Translations under genes and position numbers: made by a program
In this document: piece after piece, positions 11,237 to 23,505 of the stretch
How the letters are laid out: the number at the start of each line of letters is the position of its first letter
Numbering within the stretch: position 1 is the first letter of the stretch
Notes under the pieces: generated by a model
Told to the model about the DNA's origin: nothing
Databases searched by the model: none
Seen by the model: only the letters and a program-made list of their open reading frames with translations
Assembly (NCBI GenBank): GCA_025594325.1
Contig: JANHCV010000010.1
Span: forward strand, 310,001-374,000
Length of the DNA stretch: 64,000 bases
Source of the DNA: Blastocladiella emersonii ATCC 22665
Lineage: Eukaryota > Fungi > Blastocladiomycota
Direction of reading: 5' to 3'

Positions 11237-13495
11237 TCACCTCCGCGGCCGCCGCGCGAACCCCTCATCTTCACCCGCTGCCATACTCGGGAACCGCTGC
11301 ACGAGATGCGCCGCGAGCCGGTCCGCCGCATCGTACCTGCCCGCGGCGCGGAACGGCGCGACGACTGACCTCAAATGCGTCGGCTCGGGCGGGTTCGGCA
11401 TCGCGTCAAGCACCGCGACGGCCTGATCAACCCACCCGGCCGCCGCGAGCGTCTCGAGGTACTGCGCGTAGTGCTGCGGCTGGAGCGCGAACCGGTCACG
11501 GTCCGTCCACTGCGCGACGAGCGACTGCGCGGTGGCCGGGGACCGCGACGCGCGCGCCGCGCGGAGCACCGTGTTCGCGATCGCCGAGTTGACGGGCACG
11601 CGGTCGGCGTGCGCGAGGTAGACGCGGACGACGTCGCGCGCGCGGCCGAGGCGGAGCAGCGCGTCGAGGAACGCGGCGAGCGACGCGCGCGAGTGGTCGG
11701 GCTCGACTTCGAGGCGCGCGGCCAGCTCGTCGATGACGGGGACCAGCGCCGGGTCTGTCCGCGCTGCTTTGGCGGTGCGCTTGGACTTGGGCGTGCCGTC
11801 GGCCGCAGCGGGCGCGGACCGCGGGCGCGCGAGGTCGACGAGCGACTCGAAGATGACCATGTGCGCCTTGAGCGACGGGCGGTACCCAGCGGGCTGCGAC
11901 TCGAGGACCGCGAGCGCCGTGGCGAGCTCGCCGGCGCGCGCGAGGCACTCGAGCTTGGCGTCGAGCCCGATGGCGTCGAGCGGGACGCTGCGTGCGGCCA
12001 TCTCGCGCTCGACGAGACCGAACACGACGGGGTCACGGTCGCGCGCGGCGGCGAGCAGGAGCGGGTTGAAGCTCGCGGCGGTGACGGTGGGCGCCGCCTT
12101 GAGCAGCGCGATGGCGCGCGCGTACTCGCGGCGCTGCGCGAACGCGGACACGAGCGTGTTGAAGGTGACCGCGTCGGGCGCGATCCCCGCGGCGGGCATC
12201 ACGCGCTCAAAGACGCGGAGTGCGCGGGCCATGCGGTCGTCGGCCTCGGCGTCCACAGACCCCGAAACGCGCGAGCTGACGAGGCCGCGGATGTAGGCAT
12301 TGTACACGCCCACGGACCGCGCGTCGTCGGGCAGCGCGCCGAGGAACAGGTCGGCCGCCGCGACGTGGCCCGCGCCCACGAGCTCGGCGACGATGACATC
12401 GGCGATCCGCGGCAGGTCGCGCTGCACGTCCCCGGCATCCCCCGCGCGCAGCTGCTCGACGATGCGGTTGACGCCGTCGAGATCGCCGCGTCTTGCAGCT
12501 GCCGCGAGGAGCGGGCGGTACGCCTGCCACCCGACGGGTAGGTTGCGCTCGCGCAGATCCGCGAGCATCTGGCGCGCGCGGTCGGGGTCGCCCGCGTCGA
12601 GCGCGGCCTGCACGAGGAACGCGTACGTCGCGCCGTCGGGGTGCAGGTCCCACGCGGGGAACGTGACGGTGACGAAGCGCACGGCGGCGTCGAGCCCGTC
12701 GAAACGCGCGTGGCCGCGGACGAACTGGTTGGCGAGCGGCACGTCCGGCTTCACTCCCACGAAATGCTCGGCAATGTGGGCCGCGAGTGAGTCGAAGCGC
12801 GCGCGCTGGTGGCGCTGCACGACGGCCTGGAGGAGCGCGGCGAGCGCGCCGCGGTGTAGGACGAGACCCTCGGCGGCGGCGGCGCGCTGGAACGCGGTCC
12901 ACGCGCCGTCCACGTCCTTGAGCTTGACGAGGGCGGCGATGGCGGCGCCGTGGACGGCCGCGCGGTAGCCCGGCGAGGCGGACGCGCCGAGGGCCAGCTC
13001 AAGGGTGCGGGTCACGGCTGAGACGGGCCGCTGGGCGGCGGCGACGGCGTGCAGCGCGGCAACGTGCACGGTGGTCATGTTCTGGGTGGGGACGAGGTCG
13101 CGGTGGCGCGTGTAGGCGGCGTGCACGTCGAGAACGGCGGACGGCGGCTGGCGGCGCTGTGCGAGGCGAGTCGCAGCGCGCCACGCCGTCGGCGTGTACA
13201 CGAGTCCGGGCTTCGCGAACATGGTGTCGAGGATCGACTGGACCGCGTCGAGGCGCTCCGACTCGTCGTCGACGGCTGGTTCAGGCGGTGGTTGTGCCGC
13301 AGCTGGCGTGTCTGCGACAGAATCGGACGACGGTGCAGTAGCAGCCTGCGCCGGCTGAAGGAGACGAGTGAGGGCCGCGTCGGCGACGTCGGGGCTGAAC
13401 CATCCGGCCGACGCGGCCTGCTGGACGACCCGCGCGATCTCGCGGGTGCCCGACGCGGCGTGGACGCGCGCGACGAGTGCCGGGAGTGATTGCAT
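11237..13495 (-). CDS. Pentatricopeptide repeat (PPR) protein, probably mitochondrial
   Basis: Repeated ~35-aa PPR motifs (PDAVTFNTLVSAFAQRREYARAIALL, PDGATYAFLVQAALDAGDPDRARQML, SVGVYNAYIRGLV). Single exon. Confidence 0.9.
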   Translation of the reverse strand: MQSLPALVARVHAASGTREIARVVQQAASAGWFSPDVADAALTRLLQPAQAATAPSSDSVADTPAAAQPPPEPAVDDESERLDAVQSILDTMFAKPGLVYTPTAWRAATRLAQRRQPPSAVLDVHAAYTRHRDLVPTQNMTTVHVAALHAVAAAQRPVSAVTRTLELALGASASPGYRAAVHGAAIAALVKLKDVDGAWTAFQRAAAAEGLVLHRGALAALLQAVVQRHQRARFDSLAAHIAEHFVGVKPDVPLANQFVRGHARFDGLDAAVRFVTVTFPAWDLHPDGATYAFLVQAALDAGDPDRARQMLADLRERNLPVGWQAYRPLLAAAARRGDLDGVNRIVEQLRAGDAGDVQRDLPRIADVIVAELVGAGHVAAADLFLGALPDDARSVGVYNAYIRGLVSSRVSGSVDAEADDRMARALRVFERVMPAAGIAPDAVTFNTLVSAFAQRREYARAIALLKAAPTVTAASFNPLLLAAARDRDPVVFGLVEREMAARSVPLDAIGLDAKLECLARAGELATALAVLESQPAGYRPSLKAHMVIFESLVDLARPRSAPAAADGTPKSKRTAKAARTDPALVPVIDELAARLEVEPDHSRASLAAFLDALLRLGRARDVVRVYLAHADRVPVNSAIANTVLRAARASRSPATAQSLVAQWTDRDRFALQPQHYAQYLETLAAAGWVDQAVAVLDAMPNPPEPTHLRSVVAPFRAAGRYDAADRLAAHLVQRFPSMAAGEDEGFARRPRR

Positions 13496-13862
13496 GAGAA
13501 TACCGTTGCTGTTTGCGCGGAGCGAGGAGAGCGGGCAGAAGCGCGAGACAAACGCGTCTCGCGTGTTGTGGCCGATCGACGCCACGTGCGCCGTCGCGAG
13601 GTCGCTTCCATCACGTCTTGGACCTCAGTGGCCTCCTGAATAGTTCTATATCGCCTTGATATTCATCCAAAGGCTCATTGGATCATTCACGGCATCCATG
13701 CGTATTCGGGTGTCCATGAGGCCCATGCAAGGGTCACGGGATGCTGAGCCGGTCCCTGCCATTCCGCTCTGCCGACCATCGCCGCGATGGAACCGCCTAC
13801 GCTCCCCATCACAGCAGAATACAACGTATCAACACCTCGTAACTCTGAACCGACTTGCCGCA

Positions 13863-14353
13863 ATGCCGCTCCTCAAGTTCTCTGCGTCCACTGCGTCGAT
13901 GCTGTCGAGCACGGCGGCCGCGTCCATCTCGTCGACGGTGCTGCGCGGCATCACGGCGTCGGGCTCGATCCTGACGTCGCGCACCTTCTCCTCGACGTCG
14001 GCTGCGCGGTCCGCCGCTGAGGGCGCTGCTGCGGGTGCGGCGGAGCCCACGTTCGCGACCAAGGCCGAGGCCGAGGTGTACCACAAACTCAAGGGCGCCT
14101 TCGAGCCGACCGAGCTGCACGTCGCCGACGTGTCGGGCGGGTGCGGCGCCATGTACGAGATCAAGATCATCTCCAACAAGTTCAACGGCACGACCAAGCT
14201 CCAGCAGCAGCGCCTCGTCAACCAGGTGCTCAAGGAGGAGCTCAAGAACTGGCACGGTGCGTCTCCTCTGCTGCGATCGACGATGGCAGTGTGCTGACTG
14301 GACGAGCGTGCCGTATAGGCGTGCGCATGACGACGCTCCCTGCGAGCCGCTAA
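13863..14353 (+). CDS. BOL3: BolA-family Fe-S protein, BOLA3/Bol3 type, with a mitochondrial-presequence-like N-terminus
   Basis: FEPTELHVADVSGGCGAMYEIKIISNKF..QQQRLVNQVLKEELKNWHG|VR. Intron 14257-14318. Confidence 0.9.
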
Positions 14354-14605
14354 GATGGCTGTCCGCTGAGGCACCACTCGACCCCCTTCCTCCCTCCTGT
14401 ACCCTTTATAAATACGCCAATTTTGCTGATACTCGTGTGCTCTGTGGTGCTGTCCCTCGCGCGAACCAACCGAGCCGAGTCGCACCGCCAACGCGTTCCC
14501 TCTCTCTCTCCCGCACCGACCATTCGCCCATGTATCACATCCTCCTGCGCCTGACCCAGCGCAACTTGATGCAATAGTCCCCCCGCCATCGCCCATGCGA
14601 CACCC

Positions 14606-17600
14606 ATGTCGTCGTCGTCCAACGCCCCTCCGACCCCGCCGCCGCCGGCGCTGCCCCGGCTGAACACGACGCCGAAAGCGAGCAGCGCCGTGGCCCGCCG
14701 CGCCGCCGCCAACGCCCTGCGCGGCGCCCTCGAGCTCTCCTCCTCATCCGACCCCGCCGCCGCACCGGCCGACGACCGTGAAGTTTCGCCCATCACGCCC
14801 TTCTTCGGCGCCAGCGCCGGCGCGCCGCACCCGTTCCGCACCCTGCCCAACCCGCTCGATCACTCCGCCGCCGCCGGGTCCACGTCGTCGCTGCTCGCTG
14901 GCACCGACGACGATGCGAACCCCAGCCGGCGCGTCGAGGTCGTCGACGGCAGCAGCCCGCTGCTGACGACCAACACGCTGACCGTCTCGATCGTTGAGTC
15001 GGCCGGACCCGGGTCGCCCGCGACCGCCGGCACCGCGACTGCGCCGGGCACCGGCGCTGCGCCGTCCGAGACCACGTCGCCCGCAACCCACCACGCCGGC
15101 GGCATGAGCACGCCCGCGGGCCGCGACATTTCGTCCGCGACCGCCGCGCAAATGGCGTACGACCCGATCGCGTTCCTCGAGGCCGCCGGGTGCGGCGCCA
15201 TGTACATTGAGGTGGCCGAGGGGATCAAGGGCCGGTCGGGTTCCTTCTCGGTGTCGCCGTCGGGCCGCGACGTGGTCGTGACCGGGTACAACGGGCTCGT
15301 TGTGCTCAACCTCGCGCGTCCACTCGACGAGCCACGTATGCTCGACCGCGAGCGCGCGCCGCTCGTCGCCAATTTCCAGCGGCAGCTCCAGGGGACCGCG
15401 CGGGTCCAGTGGAACCCGCACGCGGTGCGCGAGCATTGGATTGCGTCAACGGTACGCTTCGGCAGCACTTTCATGACGCAGGACTGCATCTGACCCGCCG
15501 AGCGGACGTAGGAGCGCAACACGGTCCTGCTGTGGAACGCGCTGCCGCCATACGGCCTCGGCACGCCGCCGAACGCGGGCTCGCCGAGCGGGTCGCCGCA
15601 GACCAAGGCCGATCTCGGCGCGAGCTGGGTCGGCACCTCGTCGCTACTCGCCTCCCCGCCCAGCGCGCTGCTCCCGACCATCCGCGGCGGCGGCACCTCC
15701 GCCGCCCCACCACTCTACCCGTCATCCGCAGCCGTGCAACGCGTCCTCAGCGGGCACACGCGCACCGTGACGGACCTGCACTGGTCGCCGTTCCAGCCGG
15801 ACCTCCTCGCGACCTCGGCGCTCGACGGCCAGATCCTCCTGTGGGACCTGCGCAAGCCGGGCGCCTCGGCCATCGTCAACACGTTTGCGTCGTGGCCGCG
15901 CGTCGTGCACCGCGTCCGGTGGAACCCCGCCAACCCGTGGCTGTTCGCCGGCGTCCACTCGGACCACGCGTCGCTCTGGGATATCCGCCACGGCAGCCTC
16001 CCGATTCACGCCGCGCTCGGCCATCCAGCGGGCAGCGCGCCGCCGCTCGCGCCTACGGGGCTCCGCGTCACGGCGCTCGACTGGCACCCGTCGGTCGAGT
16101 CCGAGCTCCTGACGGCCGGAATGGACGGTATCGTGCACGTGTGGAACTCGCAGGACCCCGCGCACCCGGTCCACGCGACCGCCGTCGGCCACCCCGTCGC
16201 CGACGCGCGGTACTCACCCGACGGCGCCCACGTCGTCACCGTCCCGTACCACCACGCCGACCGCGCACTTCTGTGGTCCACGGCCGAGTGGGACGCCGAG
16301 CCCGCGGTCCTCGACGTCACGGGCGCGGTTGCCGTCGACTGGCGCGGCGGAAGCGCGCCGCCGCACCACCACGGCGGGGTCCCGGGGGCTGTGGTCCCCG
16401 TCGGCGCGGCCGCGGGCGGGTCACGGCTCGCGAGTCTCGGGATCGACGCGTCCGCCGCGAACCTGCCTGGGTCCGCGCCGATCTCGGCCGTCGCACCGGC
16501 AGCGGGCGCCAAGGACTACCAGCTCGTTGCGTGGACGACCGCGCAGGATGTGTGCGTCGTGCCCATCACGCCGGTGCACACGCACTCGGTGCCCGTCGGT
16601 GCGTCGGCCGCCGCCGCGAGCACCGCCACGTCCGCCGAGGACCTCGACCTCGCCATCGTCGCGCTCGAGGACGATACCGCGCGCCCGCTGTCCGTCGTCA
16701 CGCACCGGCACCACCGGCACCATCACCATCCCGACTCGGCATCCACGTCTGCTGCCGCCCCCACGCCGACGGCCAACACCCACTCGCTTGTGATCCGCCG
16801 GCGCGCGCAGCAGGGCAGCAGCAAGATCGCGGCACGCACCGCGGGGATCTCGGGCAACTCGGCGTACGCAAAACTCCTGCAGGCCGTGCACGCGACGGCG
16901 CCCGGGATCGGGCACGGGACCGCGCGCGAGTGGCTCGTGACCAACGGCGCGTCGCTGGTCCTCGCGCGCGGCGACGAGGGCACGCTCGGGCTCAGCGGCG
17001 AGCTCGCGCGCCGGCTCAGCAACGCCGCCGCGACGCCCGCGAGCGCGACCACCCCTGGCGCTGCGGGTCTGGCGTCCGCGGGCGACGAGGTGCGGCCCGT
17101 CCTCAAGTCCCTGCCGAGCGAGATGCTGTGGGTCGCGGGCCGGTACGCCGACGTGAAATTCGAGCGCGTCGATCTCGCTGCGCGCGTCATCACCTTCGCC
17201 CTCAAGGGCCCGTGGGGCCCCGACGGCGCACTCACGCCCGTACGCGTCACCATGGCGTTCCCCGACGCGTACCCGGCGCAGGCCGGGCCCAGCGTCACGA
17301 TCCACGATGTCGGCCAGGACGTGGCCCGCGAAACCGCCGCCGCGATCGACGCCCAGCTCGCACACCTCATCCAGCGGAATACCGCACGCGGACGCGTGTG
17401 CCTCGAACCGTGTCTCCGGTTCCTCCTGGGCCAGACGGGCGGGCGGCCTGTCAGCGGCGGGCCGACGCCGACCGCGCTCACGCCTGGCGGCGGGGCGAGT
17501 TTTGCGAATGGCGGCGCCGCAGGAGCGCCGTGGGCCTCGTCCCCGCACAGCATGCCGCCGACGCCCGCGCACCTGCTCCCGACGTCGCCGCTCGTCGACG

Positions 17601-20404
17601 ACGACCTGGCGGAGCCGGGGCTCGACGACACGGACTCGGTCGACGGTGATGCCGCAGTCCTCGGCGGCGTCGTCGCCGGGTCCCTGCACATGCCCGACGG
17701 CGGGCGCGGCGGGCTCGTGCGCGGCAGCAGCTCGTCCGCGTACGACGGGCTCCCGCTCCCGTCGCTCGACGCGGGCGTGCGGCGTGACTACGACTCGTGT
17801 ATCCCGTTCCCGCGGCTCGCGAGCGTCGCGTGGTCGCCCACCGGCAAGTTGGCGGTGTTCACGTCGCCGTTCCCCGAAATCGCCACGCCGATGCCCCGGT
17901 CGCTCGACCAGTTCCAGGCATTTAAGAACGAAGTCGCCCACCTCGAGGCGGCCGCGAGGCAGAATCAGCAGGAGGACGGGATCGATGGGAACGAGGAGGA
18001 GGAGGATTTGTTGATTCCGAACCTGTACTTTCCCAAGGTACGCGCGCGCGAGCGGTTGCTTGTGCTCGATAACGCGCGCTAACAACTCGTGCGCGTGTAG
18101 CTCCCGACGATGCACGGCACCGACGACATGCTCAACCGGTTCCGGTCCAAGTTCTTCCCGTCGACGGTCAAGGACGCGTCGAGCCCGGCCGCCGTCTCGG
18201 CGCGCGACGCCGCACGCAGCAGCAGCGCGCGCAAGCGCGTCAACTCAACCACGTCCGGGGGCGGCGGCAGCGTTGCGACCGAGAGCTTCTCGCTCAGCGG
18301 GACCACCGCCGCGTCGATCCGCGGCAGCAACCGCGACCGCGACTCGCTCGCCCCCTCGTCCGTCAGCGTCACGGGCTCGGTCGGCGGCGGCGGCGGTGGC
18401 GGCACCAGCGGCGTGACCAACACCACGCTCGTCGTCAGTGACTACCTCACCAACAAGCCCAACCGCGCCGTCGTCCTCGTCGACATGTCGCACCTGCTGC
18501 CGTTTGACGTCGAGCTCGCCGCCGCGTACCGCATGGTCGCGAGCCCCGGGCCCGACGGCGCGCTCGACCTCGTCAGCGTGTGCCGCCACAACGCCGCCGT
18601 CACGGCGGCTGCGGGGCGCATGGACCTCGCGCGCATGTGGGGCCTCGCCGAGCTCATCGTCCAGACGCCGCCTGGCTGGTCCGCCGCGGGGCGGCACGTC
18701 GTCGCCGACTCGATCCGCGTCATGCCGCGCGACCCGTACCGTTTGGGGGCCGGCGGGAACCGCGCGCCGCCGCACCCGGGCCACCCGCTTGGCCGCGCGC
18801 TCATCGACCGCATCGTCGCGACGCTCGAGGCGCGGCACGATATCCAGTCCCTCGCCGTGTTCGCGTGCGTGTTCGGGACCGCCGCCATGGTCACGCACCG
18901 CGGGCCCGGCACGGGGACTGCCGTCACGAACCCGGGCGCCGTCGCACTCGCCGTCGCGTCGTCCGAGAAGCGCGGGTACTACACGCCGCCCGGCGCGACC
19001 ATCGTCCTAGCCGAGGGCGCCGCCGCCGCCGCGGGCCACCACCGGTTCCGCGGAACCCCGCCGCTCGATGGCGAGGCTGGCGGTGCCGCGCCGCTGCGGT
19101 CGGTGCACATGGCGTCGCCCGTCGCGCCGCACGCCATCTCGATCTCGGACTCGCCGCGCGGGTCGCCGCGGCTCGCGCCGAACGCGACGCTCATGGCGGC
19201 GCTCAACGCCGCAGCGGCCGCAGCGGGTGGCGCGCCGATCGCTCCCAGCATGTCCCTCACGTCCGTGTCCGCGTCCAGCATCCCGTTCCGCGGCGGCGGG
19301 TCGCCGACGCCGTCGATCGCGCCCGGGCTCATGCGTATGGCGACGGTCCCGCCCGTCGGCACCACGCCGCTCGTCGAGATCCCGCCGCCGTCGGTCACGT
19401 CGACGCCGCGACCGTCGATTTCGGGGTCGCTGCCGGGGCTTCCGCCCGGCGGGCTCGTTGCAGCGGGTCTGGTGCCGCCTCCGCCTCCACCTCCGCCCCC
19501 GCCGCCGGTTCTTTCGACGGTGCCCATGTCGTCGGCGCTGCTCACGGGCCCGACGTCGATCCTCACCGCGGCGCCGCCCGGGTTCCCGACCGACGGCGCG
19601 GGGCTCGCGATCCCGACCACCGCGCAGACGATGCAGCTGACCGAGTCGCCGGGCCTCGCTGGCGCGCCCGACGCGCTCCTCCCCGCGACCCTCGCTTCCA
19701 CCCAACCCGCCGCCGCCGTCCAGATCTCGATCAAGCTCCCCGCCGGCTCGGGCGGCGCGTCGATCACCATCACCGACACCCCCTCGCATGCCGCGTCCGC
19801 CCCCTCGCCGCACGCCGCGTCGGACCAGTCGCGCGCGCGCCGCTTCGCCGCGTACATGGACGGGTACCTGGACCTCCTGTTCCGCGCGCAGCTCCTCGAG
19901 CCCCGCGCCGTCCTCGCGCGCCACGCCGCCGCGCTGTCCGCCGCCATGTTCGGTCCCGCCGCGCGGCCCGCCGCAACCACCGTCGCGCACGCCGAGCTCG
20001 AGGCTGAGTGCACGTTCAAGTGCGAGACGTGTGGCGTCCCTGTCGTCGCGCCCGGCGCGACGGGCAAGGCGAAGAAGGGGCATGTCCGATGGTGCCCGCA
20101 CTGCGAGCGCCAGCGCAGCGTCCGGTGCAGCCTGTGCCGTGGGCCTGTGCGAGGGCTCGCGGTCGTGTGCCCCGCGTGCGGGCACGGCGGACACCCGGTG
20201 CATATCCGCGGATGGTTCGCGGCGGGTGCCAGAACGTGTGCGGCCAAGGGGTGCGAGTGCAGGTGCGGGATCGCGGCGGTGCTTGGCGCGGCGGCGGCCG
20301 TTGGGCCGGGGGTCGCGGGGCAGGGTCCGGCCGTCGTGCTCGGACCCGCGGGGCCGGTGCCGATCGGCGTCATGGCGGGTGGGCCCGGTGGAGTGCTTGG
20401 ATGA
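14606..20404 (+). CDS. MTC5: SEACAT/GATOR2 subunit WDR59/Mtc5/Sea3 (WD40-RWD-RING)
   Basis: WD40 repeats (GHTRTVTDLHWSPFQPDLLATSALDGQILLWD), an RWD domain (VRVTMAFPDAYP), CIPFPRLASVAWSPTGKLAVF and a C-terminal CSLC..CPACGHGGH..H..W..C..GCEC RING. Introns 15452-15511 and 18038-18100. Confidence 0.92.
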
Positions 20405-20571
20405 TGGGTATAGAGTTTTAATTTTCCTGACCCTCCACGTTTCGTATCGTCACTTGAGGCGGAGTCGCGGCGCTCACCTTGGCCATGGCCACGGCCGCAA
20501 CCATCGCGTCCAATCATCCAAAATCTGGAAACTGCAAGAGATGTATAGTGTATTGTAGCATCACAAACAGC

Positions 20572-22266
20572 TCATAGTTCCAGGGCCCTCGTCACGACGA
20601 GCCCTTCATGCAACGACACGATCTTAGCGAGAACCACGTCCTCGATGCTCGTCTGGACAACGAGCTTCCGCAGCGTTGCCGGCAGCTGTTTCGCGAGAAA
20701 CATCATGGGGCGATCTTCAATGTCCCACGCCGAGATATCGAGCGACTCGAGGTGCGGCGGGAGGTCCTTGGCAAAGTAGAAGTGGACGCGCCGCGAGGCT
20801 TTCCGGTAGTGGTTGATGGCGAGATGCTTGAGCGAGGGCGGAAGCGCGCCGACGAGCGAGTCTTCCTTGGCGGTCGGTTCGTCCGTGCAGGGGATCACGA
20901 ACTCGAGAACCTCGAGGTTCGGCGGGAACTCCCACGTCAGCGCGCCGTGGCCGGTGGCTTCGTTGCCCGAGAGCTTGAGCTGGCGCAGGCCCGGCGGGAG
21001 ATGGCGCAGGACCGCGGCGACGCCTCGCGCATTCGACCGGTTGTCCGTCAAGTCGAGCAGCGTCAGGCTCGGCGGGAGGTTCCGTGCGAGGATTTCGAGG
21101 GGACTCGTGTCAGTCTTGTTGCCGCCCTGCCCCTGCCAAAGACCCGCCGAGGAGAGAATCAGTTCCTCGAGGGTCGGTGGCAATGCCTGGCAAAGGGCTA
21201 CGACCGCGGGCGCATCAAGGTTGATGTCCGTGAACCGAAGTCGCTTCAGCGTGGTTGGGAGTGGTCGGTCAAAGAACGGAGCAAAGGAGCAGGGGACAAC
21301 GTTGTTCAGCAACAAACTGCGCACAAGCTCGGCCGGAAGGCTCCCAAAGTCGACGGCGCACTCATTGTCGCTGATGTCGAGCGAGACAAGAGATGGTGGA
21401 AAGTAGGGCGTGCCGGTCAGCGAGCCGCACAGGGTTCCCTCTGCAGCAGGACCTGTGAGAGCCGTCTGAAAGTCAAATCCGCAGTACTTGCCGGTATCGC
21501 CAAGCCGGTTCGCGGATAAATCGAGGTGCAGGACCGTGTCGGGCAGGTCGAGCTCGATAAGGTGACCATTGCTGATGTCGCAGTTGCTCAGAGAAACACG
21601 AGTCACGCACTGCTCACGGCTAGCAAAAGCAGTCGCGAGTTGACGAGCGCCGGCAAGCGTGATGCGCTTGCCCGTGATTGATACCGAGTCGACGCGCCCA
21701 GCTGCAATTTCGGGCGCGATGGATTCGATGGCGACGTCGCCCGCCGGCCGTTGGTTCATCGTTTCCTAAGGAGTCGACAGTTAGACCTTCACGGCGGGAG
21801 CATCCTAGAGCAGGCCACGTACGTTCACGTCAACTGTGCACCCACTCGCGGCCTTGTCGGCTGGATCTGGGACGTTGAAGATCACGAGAGCTCGCGCCTC
21901 GAGGGATTGAACGGGCTTGAAGCGCAGCCCCAAGTCGCGAAGCTGCTCAAGGTACCCGAGCCGCGCCCCTTTTACAAGAGGGAGCAGGTCAACAGGCTCG
22001 TCGATAATCCGCATTAGCTTGAGAATCTCAGCATTCTGCTCGAAGATCGCACGACTCACGTCGTATGTCGCGAGAAGCTCGCGAAGCCTGTTGAAGGCGG
22101 CCCGTTTGACCTCGGGAATCTCGCAAAGTCGCGCGACGCGTGTGTACCGCGCCATCGTCGTCAAGGAGATGTCCGACGAGGGATGGTTGCGAACGGCCCG
22201 CACGAGCACGCGATTCATGACATCGGGCATGGCGAGTTTAACGCGGCAAGTTGCATCAGCTAACAT
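20572..22266 (-). CDS. F-box-like + RNI-like LRR protein, 2 exons
   Basis: N-terminal LAMPDVMNRVL. A phase-0 intron near 21766-21822 (GTACGT..CTAAC..TTAG) joins ORF 21805-22266 to ORF 20572-21759. LPPSLxxLDL repeats. Confidence 0.8.
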
Positions 22267-22605
22267 TTTCGTGAGCGAGGTCTAGTGCGGGGTGCAGTGG
22301 GGAGGAGCGTGGGAGCGCGTCGAGCGGCGCAAAAGTGAAACGCACGCGTCCGGGATCAGGTGACCGCGAAGCGCCACACTGGGCCCACGTGGGGTGATCA
22401 GCGCCTGATTTTGAGCCCGTGTGGGCGAAGAGACTCCTTTCAGGCTGGCGTGTGATTGCGGACAGTAGGCCCATGTGACCCACTTGGACAGCGGACAGTC
22501 GCCACCGCACCCTGTGGCGTGCGAGCGTCGCAGCGCTGGCCGCGGCCCATAAAATCCCGTCAGTCCCTTGCGAAGCTTACTCTCCCACCGCACTCGCCAC
22601 AAGCC

Positions 22606-23430
22606 ATGACATCTTCTTCGCCAACTGCTCCGTTTCGCGACGCTACGACCAACGACGGTGCCCCGGCCGCCGCCGCAGCCGCATCGCCTGGCGCGCCCTC
22701 AAACAAGTTGGGCAAGGCGACGGCCAAGGTCGAGCCCGAGTCGATCGGCCGCGACGCCGCACCTGCGCGCGAGCGCAAGGTAGGCGAGAAGGCGGCGTCG
22801 TTCATCAACAAGACGCTCGACGGGTTCAAGGCGCTGATCGAGGAGCTTGAGCTCGAGAAGGAGACGCTTATCCGCGAGTGCACCGAGGCGAACAAGCGCG
22901 CGGCGGTAGCTGAGAAGAAATGCGCCGCGGCTGTTCAAGACTGCGAGGGCCCCCAGGCCAACCTCGAGGCGCTCAAGAATGAGAAGGCCAAGCTCGAGAG
23001 CAAGCGCGAGCGCGACGTCGGCGCTGCCCAAGATGCAGCCCGCGCTCAAAAGGAGAAGAAGGAGGAGGCCAAAAAGTCCCTGACCCAGCTCAAGTTCGAC
23101 AACTTCGAGCCCAAGAACGAGTTACGGCAAGCCGAGAAACGGATCCGTCAACTGGAGGAGTACTGCGAGGCGCGCCAGGGCGACCTGTTCTCCATGTACC
23201 TGCTGATCCGCGATTGCCGCGATTTCCGCGAGAGCCAGGGCGACGCTCCCAAGCAGGGCTACGACCGCGGATACGAAGGTGATCTCGCAGCCAGTCGCGA
23301 CTTCATTAAATCGCACTGGAACCTCGGCTTCGTGCAGACGCCTCGCAATAACCACTACTTTGCGCCGCGCCATGCAATTCCTGCCCTCTGCGCATTCCTG
23401 GGTTACGACGTTCCTTCCATGTACCACTGA
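22606..23430 (+). CDS. Coiled-coil protein with a small unannotated C-terminal domain (paralog of 30569-31385)
   Basis: A/S/P-rich N-terminus, K/E-rich heptads, and C-terminal LLIRDCRDF..GY..RDFIKSHW..HYFAPRHAIPAL. Confidence 0.7.
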   Translation: MTSSSPTAPFRDATTNDGAPAAAAAASPGAPSNKLGKATAKVEPESIGRDAAPARERKVGEKAASFINKTLDGFKALIEELELEKETLIRECTEANKRAAVAEKKCAAAVQDCEGPQANLEALKNEKAKLESKRERDVGAAQDAARAQKEKKEEAKKSLTQLKFDNFEPKNELRQAEKRIRQLEEYCEARQGDLFSMYLLIRDCRDFRESQGDAPKQGYDRGYEGDLAASRDFIKSHWNLGFVQTPRNNHYFAPRHAIPALCAFLGYDVPSMYH

Positions 23431-23505
23431 TTTGCTTCCTCTCCCCAAATCAAAATATTTGCTTCGGCAGCGATTTCCGTCATCAAGTATCAACGAGCAA
23501 ATTCT

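Noticed and set aside
11371-12968. Several 200-390 aa ORFs overlapping the PPR gene
   Set aside because: Frame shadows in very GC-rich coding DNA.
15409-20007. Long alternative-frame and antisense ORFs (746, 564, 475, 512 aa) over MTC5
   Set aside because: R/G/A-rich shadows of the real WD40-RWD-RING frame.
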